Assembly (NCBI RefSeq): GCF_000400465.1 | Contig: NW_008806279.1 | Span: 326,107 to 358,106 of the forward strand | Length of the DNA: 32,000 bases | Reading direction: 5' to 3' | Source: Wallemia ichthyophaga EXF-994 | Taxonomy: Eukaryota; Fungi; Basidiomycota | In this document: piece by piece, positions 1-11,151 of the stretch | Layout of the letters: each line of letters opens with the position of its first letter | How positions within the stretch are numbered: position 1 is the stretch's first letter | Program-made: the position numbers and the translations under genes | Notes under the pieces: model-generated | Told to the model about the DNA's origin: nothing | What the model saw: the letters and a program-made list of their open reading frames with translations, nothing else | The model's database searches: none

Positions 1-1937
1 TAGGGAAGTTGATACAGATATCCAGTGCATTTGATCGAATTAATTGATTATGGCAGCCATCTTTCTTGTAAACCCCATTACTGCACAATGTTGGGACTCT
101 TTTATCCAGTCTGATAACTACAAGAGGTGTTCACGGGATAACAGGTTATTTTTATAGCTCTTTGAGTGTTAATGACGCTTAACGCAGTATGAGGTATTTG
201 ATGGAACTACGTTTGCTCAAATCACTCTGCAAATGCCAAGTCAGACGAACGTAGAGATAATGAATACTGACAATTGGAACAAATGAGCAGAATATTAGTT
301 CTTAGCAGCTCCGGGATTTTAAGCATATCCCTATAGCAGCACTCCGCTCAATATCTATCGAGTTGCATTTCTCGACTATCACCTTTCCTATCTCCATGGC
401 TGGATTCACGAGTTTTGATGATCTCTAAATAAAAAAGCTTGAAAGATAGCCCTGCACGAGCTCTACATGATATCGCCAGATTTATATCCCTGTGCCTTCA
501 ATAGCGCCCTGTAGGCTGTTCGGAAGTTGCAATCCGACATCGCTCTGGAGCATGCTATAGGATAGATATGGAGGACTATACGCGCTTCATCGATGGATAC
601 AAACATCGCTAGCTAATGGAGACTAAAAACACTCAAAATTCAATAGATTCGGCTCTATGTACGAGATTTGGCCATCTGCCGTGAAATAGGTCGGCATGAA
701 CTGCGAACAGCAGAGAACGAATAATGCGTCAGAGTCAAAGAAGCGAAAAAACTTGTGATAAATAGTACTGCTCAATGATTTAGGGCTATGGTCGCCCTGT
801 AAAACGCTGAATGACACAGGTGCAGGAGCATTTACTAGCAATCAACAGATTTAAAGTCCGCCTTTAAATTAACATGCCTTTCAGGACTCTAATTTACCTT
901 TAATTCCTTCATTTGCCCAATATCCACCGACTTTAAATTTACTCCTGTCACCGATCTCATCTCAAATGGTTGATTTACAACTTGTGGTGGTCTCCAAATA
1001 AAAGAACTTGGTTGATAGCTGTGGCCAGAACAAATGTGATTTTGCCAGATTTGTATCCCTGGCGTTCCAAATTGCACCCTGCACGCTGATCGGAAGCAAC
1101 GACCCAAAATCGCTCTAGAGCACGCTACTGGATATTGGCGAAGGATCTCACACGCTTAAACAATGTTAGCAAAATTCGAATTCATAGGCCGCAAGCACTT
1201 AATTTTATAATTATACGACTCTATAAACGCGAAACCCGTTTTACGAAACATGTCGTTCACAGCTATCAAACCTGACACCTGGGGAATACTATTGCTGTTT
1301 CGTCTCACTTGGCAGTTGGAAGAAGAGATTTAGACATAGAAAGTTGGGGTCAGCCCAACTCTGAAATCGGGTTTTTGGCTTCACTAGGTACATTTCAAGA
1401 CGTCACATTGTGGGGTTGTGAATTTGATTAAGGCTGAGTTGGAATTGTGGAAGTTAGGGTGGTAGGAACCCATATTTTTGAGTTTTAGATCATACTCTTT
1501 GCAGCATGTCACATCTAGCTGGACAATTGTAGAGCACATAACTAAGCTAATCATGACAAATATACCCGCAGATTTCTCACAGTTATTTGTTACAGAATGT
1601 TACAAAATTGTCAATTATGCAGCCTGGCGGTGTTATGGTGAACTCGTCATTGAGCATGCTTTTCTCGGCCGGAGATCCCACCTCATCGCCATGCACCAAT
1701 TTACTTGGAGGATTAAATACTGAAGCATACCTACAACCACTCTATACACCACGTTGCTGTTAAGATCCATTAAATCCGCTTGTCCCCGCCCTCTGGATGA
1801 CGTTGGTGATAAGGCGGTCGAAGGCGAGAGACAATGGGAAGCAGTAAATCAATCCAAAGCATAAGCGTTCTCATGTCATCATATTTATAATTACAACACA
1901 TGCCATCAAAAATTAGTTGATCATTTAGCGAGACTAT

Positions 1938-2628
1938 CTAAAGCTTTGGCTTTCCTCGATACTTTGCGAATGTTTCCTTTACGCCTGCACCTTCGAGTAG
2001 CGCCTTTCTGCATAGTTCATCAGTCTCTTCAGACTTAACACCTACTTCTACGATTTCATTGAGACGTGCTGAGTCAACTATGATAACCCCATTCCTATCA
2101 GCGAAGAGTTGGTCGCCTGGTTTGACAGACATAGTGTGACCATTTTCATGTTCGATTTGAACTGGTTCGCCTGCTTTTACAGGCACTAAGAATGGGGACT
2201 GCCCGCAAACACTAGTACCTTTGGCAAATATCTTTGACTTGTCAGAGAAGGAGAGACGAGAGAATGATACTTACAGACATTCCACTGCTTTCCAGCTCTT
2301 CTAGGTCTCGGACACGGCCATTTGCCACTACACCCGCAATGGACTTGGTTTTGGCTGAGCTAGCAAGTAGACCACCAAAACAGGCGTTGGTAGCATCACT
2401 GGGTGGACACAGTAGTAACACGGAGCCAGGAGGACAGGCGTCTACGAAGTGCTCGGCCATTGGAGCTGGATTCGACCACTTATACTCAAATTGAACGGGA
2501 AAAACGGGTCCTGAGAGACAGTGAGATCCAGCAAAGAGCTTGAGGTCTGGAAGATATCCCCCAGTGTCTGCGGCAGGGCAGAGCTTGTATAAAGCATCAC
2601 TGATTGTCGTTGTGCTGAAATCAGCCAT
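1938..2628 (-). CDS. RraA-like / HMG aldolase family protein (YER010C-like), 2 exons
   Basis: ORFs 2242-2628 and 1938-2186 join across a 43-nt GTAAGT..AAAG intron (2232-2274). Motifs TTTISDAL, NACFGGLLA, VANGRVRDLEEL and PGDQLFADRNGVIIV are typical of the RraA family. Confidence 0.85.
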
Positions 2629-2799
2629 ATCGGTTTAATTTAAGTTTAGAGACATGTGTGAGATTGATAGCCAATATTTACAGCGTAAAAAATTATGAAG
2701 AAATAGCCATAACCAGCTGTATGGACCAAACAAGTTCTCTTGTTCTAAGACGGCCACGGTCTGACGCACAAGTTAAAAAATTCCGTTACAATCATAGAG

Positions 2800-3544
2800 A
2801 TGGGTCGTGCAGCAATTCCAGCAGTATTCCTCGCCTTTGCCGCGTTGGTCCTCTACGTTTTGTAGGTCGAGTCTATTTTTTCATGTTGCAGTTCTAATAT
2901 TTCATAGCATAACAGTGTCTTCACCTGTGTGGAACCAAGTGCGTTTCTTCAGGTGAGTCGTCTTTGGCTTTGGTTGCAAATATTCTGACAGTCACAGCGT
3001 CGACGTTCCAACGGTTTCGGCAGGAAACTACCGCACAAACGGCGGCACCATAAGATACGGGTTTCTTGGGTGGTGTTTCGATGATGTCTGCTCAGAAGAA
3101 AGTCTTGGTTACAGATTGGAGGAGCCAGTCAACCGGATAACAGGCGTCAACATATCAATTAACAACGAAGCTTTGGAGCATATAACGTACGCACTCATTC
3201 TCAACCCTGTTACTGGTCTATTGTCTCTCCTGGTTAGCTTGTTTGGATGCCTGGCTATCCGTGGAGGAAGAATAACGGCACTCTTCCTCACAATTTTTGA
3301 GGGAATCACTGCTGTAGTTGGTTGCGTAGCTTTAGCGCTCAACGTCGCACTGTTCAAGGTGTTTGAGAACGAATTGCAAGATAAACTTGAAGAAACTGGA
3401 ATATCAGTAAATACATCTCTTGACAACGCTGAGTGGTTGAGTGTTGCCGCTGCCGGATGCTTAATTATCGGTACAATACTCTCTCTGCTCGGAATTTGTT
3501 TTGGAAGGTCGTCATCGAAGCATCGGGATATTAGCTACGTCTAG
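2800..3544 (+). CDS. SUR7/PalI (Rim9-like) four-TM membrane protein, 3 exons
   Basis: ATG 2800 gives MGRAAIPAVFLAFAALVLYVF|ITVSSPVWNQVRFF|SVDVP...YGFLGWCFDDVCSEESLGY (claudin-like GxxGxC..C motif), followed by three hydrophobic helices in ORF 3116-3544. Confidence 0.8.
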
Positions 3545-3751
3545 ACGCCTAGTTGACATTTAATTCAATAATGACAGAAGGAACTTAACATCAATTCATT
3601 CTTTTTAAGGATATCTTATCATTCACTCACTTAACCAATTCTTACGACCCTACGTTATTTTACTTAATTCACTAAACTTCAGATACATACATTTAATGCA
3701 TAAAATGGTGTAACAATATTCTAATAATACAATTGGGCGTGAAACTAACGC

Positions 3752-4767
3752 TTAAAATCTAGCACTTGTGAGTATATGATGGTGAGTGAATTGCGAACTT
3801 ACTCGTGTCTTAAATCGGTGGCCAAGTTTCCATTATCCTTTGGTTGATTATCTTTAGAGTGTTCTGCGCTATAATACATTCCAACGGGCTCCTCAGGACC
3901 ATCGGATCCATCATGACCCTCAGGGTCGTCATCGGGATCAATAATTTGTGGATGTTCATGTGATACTCGGGACCGCTCCCAACGATTCTTGTTTAAATTT
4001 GGATCTTTTCTACGTCTACCAAAGGGATTCTTGAACAGAGAGCCAAATTTACTAGTATGCGCAATATTTGTAGAATGGAAATCGTTAACAAAGCTTGAGT
4101 TATGGCTATCGACAGGGCCAGAACCGGTGTTGAAAGGTAAATCGAAATGTTTTGCACTATTTTCAGAAGACAAGGAAGTGCGTGAATCGAAAATACCAGC
4201 AGAATTGATACCTGATTGATATCGCTGTCTCCAAGAGTTCCTCTGTTGATTTTTCTTATGTTTATCGATGTTCACTAACTTATATTTGATTGCGAAATTA
4301 GGAGTGCGCTCTTTCATTGTATTATCCCTTATGTTTTGTATGAAGAAGTTATAAATTTGGCCTGGAGCGTATGAGACATGTAGATAAGCATCAACAACGC
4401 CTAACGCACCTGGAATCCATCCAAGTAAAGTGAGTATCAAGCAGATGAAGAAATCTTTACCAACGCCTGCGATTGAAGGCAATGTTAATATCGTCATATA
4501 AATACCCCAAGTCACGAGGTTATAAGCATACCAAATCTAACGAGTGCGCCAAAAGGAGGGAAAATGAGAGCCACGAACCACCTGAAATGTTGTTAATAAC
4601 TGCCCTGATACATGTTCATACTCAGGGGTATCAATTTGCATCCAGCAATAGCCTTGATAGCCTTGATAGCCCTGATAAAGCAAATAAACAACTTACGTGA
4701 ACATCCCATACCAATGCCATCGCTTTAAATCTAAAGGACCTTTATATCTTTTTGTTTTGGTGGCCAT
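3752..4767 (-). CDS. Pmp3 (UPF0057)-domain membrane protein with long hydrophilic C-terminal tail, 5 exons
   Basis: Spliced MATKTKRYKGPLDLKRWHWYGMFT|WFVALIFPPFGALVRFG|VGKDFFICLILTLLGWIPG|QIYNFFIQNIRDN...; the FPP..RFG.GKDF.I.L.LTLLG.IPG signature is Pmp3-like. A last intron (3759-3802) gives the ending RHEF*. Confidence 0.75.
4651..4677. repeat. 9-bp tandem repeat x3 (gccttgata, gccttgata, gccctgata) inside intron 1 of the Pmp3-domain gene
   Basis: Visible directly; a fourth gccctgata copy sits at 4602-4610. The host intron (4582-4696, 115 nt) is over twice the usual length in this window. Confidence 0.8.
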
Positions 4768-4819
4768 TACCGGTGAGCGTGTGTAATCAACCACCCAAGT
4801 CACTTGGTTATCAACATTC

Positions 4820-7581
4820 ATGTCTTTCAACAGACTAGCGCTGGCAGCTGCGTTACTAGAATATGACGGTACAAACAAGGCTAAAGATTCTGCCCTGTTT
4901 GCGCCTGCACCTCTCACTGCAAAAGATGGTCACAACAAATACGCTACCTTTCACGGCGATTCCACCGATCACCCAGATCATTCAGATAAATCCAGCGCAG
5001 TTGATGATCCTGTCAATTCAATCAATCCTATTAAATCTGATATCGCTAAGTCGGTTGAAGCCTATCGTGCTGGTTTCAATACGCCATACCCAATTCATCA
5101 ACAGCGCGAGCTTGATGAAAATAATAAATTCGATGACGTGGATCTCGATAGCTGGGGCTTGGATCAGTTCCTTGTCAAAAGCTCTTCCTCTGATTTACCA
5201 CCACCACCACCTCTAAGACCTCAGCCTGGTGAGGCACGCGCCTCTAAAAATCGAACTTTATCTGATGCTGCAAACGTCTCTGATATCGCTGCTGTTGCTT
5301 ATCACACTTCACACTCAGAACGAGCTCGTGATGACAGTTCCCTTGCGAATCTAAATCTCTTTAGAGACTCTTCGGCTGTTGATATAGCAAGAGAACCTCA
5401 GGCTGATTCTAGTGATAAAGAGGGCAGGGAAAGAGCTCAATCGTCCTTAGGATTTTACAGAGACGCAAAATCAGATTTCACTCTGCCACCCTTCGAGTTC
5501 ACGTCTAAAGCTGATCCAGAAATTATCAATTCAACCACCACTGAACACAGAAAGTCTGCTGATAGTTATCGTAGTGATATACCTCCTCATTTGCGACCCT
5601 CATTACCCAAAGAAGACAATGTAAAGACAGTTTCAAGAAACACCTTACTTCGCCCAAAGACCCTTATCATGCCTGCCCCACTCCAAGGCTCACTTGACGA
5701 TATTAACGTCCATAGAGACGATATAGATTTCCATCACATATCAACCGAGCTCAAAGTACCCTTACCCCAGGCTTTGAAAAGGGCTAGAGAACAAAAGAGA
5801 CACACAGCTTTAGCTATGAATAGAGCTTCTGTTGCTGTTCCTTTAAATAGTAAATCTGAACACGGCGTTTCTTTCACAAATCGCAACTCAAGAGCCAGTG
5901 TCTTTGCACCTTCTGCTGCTAACTCACATGCACAAGGTCCTCACGTTGGATCTAGTGCTGGTCTACCAACGGCTCAATCTGAAGGTGAACAAGCTCAACT
6001 TTATGATGAAGAACTCGAAGATGAATATGATATGGCAATGGTTAGAGCTCGAAAAATTCGTGAAATGGATACATCGGAGATGCAGCCTGGAACTATATTT
6101 GGATCAAGCTTAATGGACGATATCGATTCACGTAAGCAAGCTCAGAAAGACAAAAGGAGATTTTTCAGAGGTGATGAACGTCCGCAAGGGTCGACTGCGG
6201 ATGGCAGGGAAAGTTCTGCACCAGTCATCACCCGCATGCAATCAGTTTTCGGAGTTGATGAGTTGTGGCAACGCGATCAAGCTAAAGCTGAAACACTCGC
6301 AGCTGCTGAAAAAGCTGATACTGAGAGAAAGCAAAGATTGGCTGTAGAGAAAGAGCAAAATAGATTATTGAAGAAGAGCAACAAAAAGAATTTGATGAGT
6401 TTGAAAGGCAGTCCTTCCAAACAGAGCTTACCGCAGGTGGGTGTTGTCTTACCTTGTGAGACCTGCTCCTGACACATTTTAGACTCCTTCAGTCAGCGTT
6501 AATGACAAAGAGAACGCTGATGCTACCTCTGAAAGTCTCGACACGGGAGAAGTGGCTCCTCCTCAAGCAGTGACACCGTCTATGCAAAATGAAACTGTAC
6601 TTGGTGTAAGCAAATGGTAAGATAAGCGTAGATGCAATTGGCAAACTCTAATTTTATCTCAGGTTTAACGGATCAGATTCAGGATCTACGCACTTACCAT
6701 CAGGACGCCCATCTATAGACCATGAACCAAAGCAATTTTTAAGACCAAAGAGAAATGAACAATGGAGGCACGCGCCTCGAAAGTCTATCGTTCCAGCATC
6801 AAGCAGGGCTCCAGATGGCTCGTTACCTCCAGTTGAATTGCTGCAATCATCTCAATCGATTGGCCCTGAGAATAGCGATGAAGAGGATACCATGCCAATA
6901 TCCAATATTATTAGATCTAGATCCCAAGAATCAGATTTACGGGCTAATATAAAAGTAGAAAATGACGAGAGCGAGGATGAAAGACCATTATCCACATTCA
7001 TCAGACCGTCAAGGACACCAAGCGAGCAAGTACTCATGCCAAAGATTCAAGTAGAGCTTCCTGGTGACTCTGAAAGAGAAGTACAGAAAGAGGAAGACGA
7101 AGATGATGTACCGCTAGGTCTAAAGCATCCACAAATGAACTCACACGGACAATCAAGACTAGAAGATGATGACGATGTTGCTCTTGGATCAAGACCAGCC
7201 GCAGCTGCATTCCAACAGCGCAACAGCATGTATCCGGCGGCATCGAGACAATCCAACATGAGTTTTGGCTACCCAGGATCAACAATGAGCTGGAACCCAG
7301 CTGCTATGGGAGGGTATCCACAGATGCCTATGGCAGGAATGTCTACAATGTCAATGCCAATGCAGATGCCCCCAATGGGAGGGTTTGCGCCACCATATGG
7401 GGTATACCCAGGCATGGGTATGGATCCAATGATGATGGCACAGATGCAGGCACCTTCAATACCCCAATTGTCTGCACCAGATCTTCAAGCACCACCACAT
7501 GCGCAAAACATTCAAGAGAAGCAAACAAAGAAGATCAATTCGATTGATCAGTGGAGGAGAGATGTACAAAATGTAGGATGA
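4820..7581 (+). CDS. Large, low-complexity uncharacterised protein (Ser/Pro/acidic-rich, Met/Pro/Gly-rich C-terminus), about 3 exons
   Basis: The 550-aa ORF from 4820 continues through introns near 6437 and 6618 into ORF 6838-7581. N-terminal LAAALLEYD and C-terminal IDQWRRDV resemble ends I recall from basidiomycete hypothetical proteins. No function assignable. Confidence 0.75.
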
Positions 7582-7654
7582 AATGAACTTGTATAAATAT
7601 TTATGTTTATTGTTATTTTATTGTTAGTATTGCAAGACTCTATTGATTACCGTC

Positions 7655-9932
7655 ATGTTGCGAATATCGAGGCAGGCAGTTGGAACGACGTGGAGAAACG
7701 CACGAAGTTACTCTAGTGGTCTTGTTGAGGCATTCGATCATCCAAGCAATCCACAGCCATTAAAGGCTACGACGAGTGGCGGGCTCTTCAAATTCCCTCA
7801 ACTTACCTCACCAGAATCATTTAAGCCAATAAGCGATCGCACAATTATCTACTCTAGCGCATTGGTCGATAGAATCGTCAACGCACCCTCAAATGGCGTC
7901 TCAGAGATGCGCAAGGTCGTCAAGAACCTCGACCGCTTATCTGATGGATTATGTAGGGTGATCGATTTGGCTGAGCTCGTGAGGAACGTTCATCCTGATG
8001 TAAAATGGATTGAAGCGGCCGATAACACGTACGATAGGCTCTGCGAGTACATGAATGAGCTTAATACTCATGTAGGATTATACCAGGCCCTTAGAGAAAC
8101 TGTGCAGAATCCTGCTATTCATTTAGATTACTCTGCTAATCAAGTTGCACTCTTGTTCCTTCGAGACTTTGAGAAATCTGGCATACACTTGTCAGACGCC
8201 TCAAGAAGAAGATTCGTAGAACTCTCATCAGAGTCTTTGCTACTTGGAAGGAAGTTCCTGATGAATCAGGGTCAAGATAGTGACGTTCGGAGGGTGACTT
8301 TGTCGCCGGCAGATCTAATGGGTATACCAGCAGAATTTTTGAGACACTTGGCACCATCAGACAATAAGGGCAATAGAATATTAGACGCTCATGGCTGGGA
8401 AGCTCAAGTTTTGTACAGATTCGCACCATCACCAGAAGCAAGAGTCAAAATACATGTTGCTTCGAATGCAGCATCTGAAGAGGAAGTTGATACATTGGAA
8501 AAGTTGCTCGAATCACGCGCTGAGACTGCTAAACTTATCAATTACCCAACTTACTCGCACGTCGCACTCTCCGATAAGATGGTTGATGATCCTAACCAAG
8601 TCCTGGTTTTCCTGGAATCGCTTGTCAACGTGAACAAACCTTTTGCTGGTGGTGACGTCAACAAGCTGTTAATCTCCGCTAAAGAAAGTCTTGGTGTGCC
8701 TTCAATACCGCCAATGAAGGCATCAGATAGAGAATTTTTCATGCAAATGCGTGCAAGCAGTATCGGGGAAAGCTCATCTCTAGAACCACTATCACCATAT
8801 TTATCACTTGGTAATGTTATGGCTGGATTAAGCTCAGTATTGGAACAGTTGTATGGTATAAAGTTCGTTCCTCGTCAGGTTGAAGCAGGCGAGGTCTGGG
8901 ATCCGAGCGTAAGAAGGTTGGATGTATATGATACGTCTAGCAATGCGATTGTGGGAACAATTTATGCCGACTTATTTGCTAGATATCCAAAGCAAGGCAC
9001 AGCGGCTCACTATACAGTGCAGTGCTCAAGGAGAGTGGACGATGACGACTACGTACCTGGTGAAGAGGACAGGAGAGAGTCAGGATCAGTAATTCAAAAC
9101 GAAGACGGTAGATTTCAGTTACCGATTGTCGTTTTAGCGTGTACATTCGACAAACCATCTGCCAATCAACCAACTCTTCTTAGTTGGCAGGAGGTTGAAA
9201 CGATTTTCCATGAAATGGGACATGCAATTCACTCGATGATTGGGAGGACAGAGTATCAAAATTGCTCTGGTACGAGATGTGCGACGGACTTTGTTGAAAT
9301 GCCATCGATATTGATGGAGCATATACTAGCAAACCCAAAAATTCAATCAGTCGTTGGTAAACATTGGAAGACTGGGAAAAGTTTGCCACCGAAGCTCGTT
9401 GAAGCGCATTTAGCACAATTGAATGCATTGCCTGCTCTCGAGACTCACGGACAGCTACTAATGGCGTTGATTGATCAGGCTTATCACTCACAGCAAGCGC
9501 CATTAAACGGAAAGCTAGGCTGGTCAACTGATATGTGGTACGAAGTTCAGTCGCAGCATGGAGTCATACCACCAATCAAGGACACTGCATGGCAAGTTCA
9601 GTTCGGACATCTTTTGTGAGTAGATTTCAAGTTATTGGAACAAACTGACAATGCACAGCGGATACGGTGCAACGTATTATTCATATCTATTTGACCGAGC
9701 ATTAGCATCGAAGATCTACAAGGATGTGCTATCACCTGACCCACTGAGCCGAGATGCTGGACACAGATTACGCGAAGAGGTGCTTAGATGGGGTGGTGGG
9801 AGAGACCCTTGGGAGATGCTCGCTGATCTGCTAGGTGGTGAGGATGCAGAGTTGATATCGAAGGGAGGTGTCGATCGTATGAAAGCTGTCGGCAATTGGG
9901 GAGCTGGGGACATAGGCGTACCTATAAGATGA
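7655..9932 (+). CDS. OCT1: Mitochondrial intermediate peptidase (peptidase M3), 2 exons
   Basis: Arg-rich presequence from ATG 7655, LDRLSDGLCRVIDLAE, zinc motif FHEMGHAIHS and DFVEMPSILME. FGHLF|GYGATYYSYLFDRA is joined across an intron at about 9616-9658. Confidence 0.95.
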
Positions 9933-10029
9933 TTTACATAGCATGCATTGAAATTTGGCATATAAATGTTTCAGTGGCGAAAAATGACGTATAGAGTGCT
10001 CCTCAGTTCTGGTAGAACCATCATCATAA

Positions 10030-10733
10030 AGTGGGGAAAGCGGGAAATAAATAAAAAATAGACTGATTAAATTATAGTGTCATACGCTAACGCAGCTGCA
10101 TTCAACGCACCACCAGAATCTGAGCAGGTTAAACCAAGCAACGAATTCCTTGAGGGACAGAACAACGAGAGGGCAGGACTCCCAGACATGGACACCAAAG
10201 TAAACGTTGTCGAGCACGAATACATGGACCATCCATCCACTGAGGGTGCTCAAGCTGCTCAAGCTGCCCAAAATAGACTGCAAGACGAGGAAAAGAAGAC
10301 ACACCGCGAGAAGCACCATTCGCACAGTAAGCCAAAGCCAAAGACTGAGAAGAAGGTTGAGAAAGCTGAGGAGGCAGGTCTTACGTGCTTACAAGTGGGT
10401 GTTGCATTCAGAGGATTTGCGTGATCTGACGAGCGGTAATAGAAAGTCAAAAACTTGGCTGGTGATCGTAAGAATCAACAGATTGCTCTTTCATTGAGTG
10501 TGTATGGGCTTATGCGATTACAATTGAAGCTTACTTGACCTCAGTCAACGCGTCATTGTTATCTGCTACTGGCTACTTGGGTTTCAAGAACTGGAACGAA
10601 CGCTGGGATCGCAGAGTCATCTCTGCTGCTTCAGTTACCTTCTTGGCTTTAGCTACAGGACAAGGGTGAGTTGAAGCCGCACTGTATCACCATCCCGCTA
10701 ACCGCTGCCGATAGATACGTCTACAAGAAGTAA
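10030..10733 (+). CDS. OM14-like mitochondrial outer-membrane protein, 5 exons, ATG split by intron 1
   Basis: A(10030)|intron 10031-10077|TG gives MSYANAAAFNAPP. The C-terminus INASLLSATGYLGFKNWNERWDRRVISAASVTFLALATGQG|YVYKK* resembles the fungal OM14 C-terminal domain. Confidence 0.65.
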
Positions 10734-11151
10734 TTAACGACTCTTTGACATGATTCTTCACGTAATTACATAAACTACTCGAATACATTGATTATACTTA
10801 GTTATTCACCGCTTCTGGCTTCTATACATAGAAATTTAACAGCGACTGCCAAGATCTGCCTTGAATATACTCAGTTATAGTTCCTGGGAGTCGATATTTA
10901 AAGCATCGCTAACAAGTTACGCTGTTGCTTCTATGCGGATGATAAGAAAATCAATTTCATCACCGCTAGTAAGCGAGCGGGCGAGATAACGAATATGTAA
11001 ATATGAATTTGTGTCCAGGTAATCCAAGTAAATGGATTAAGCTAAATTTAAACGCCGACGCCAACATATATTCTAAATATAACTCAACTTACCAGCTGCG
11101 GTGTCATCTTAAACTACCACAGTCATCGGCAACGGCGGTCTAATAGTCTAT

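Noticed and set aside
190-615. Protein-like plus-strand frame with interspersed stops (possible pseudogene)
   Set aside because: About 9 stops in 140 codons is close to random expectation, and no family motif was recognisable.
1343-1361. 7-bp hairpin AGTTGGG/CCCAACT with a nearby TTAGGG
   Set aside because: No C/D or H/ACA boxes in a sensible arrangement; one short stem is expected by chance.
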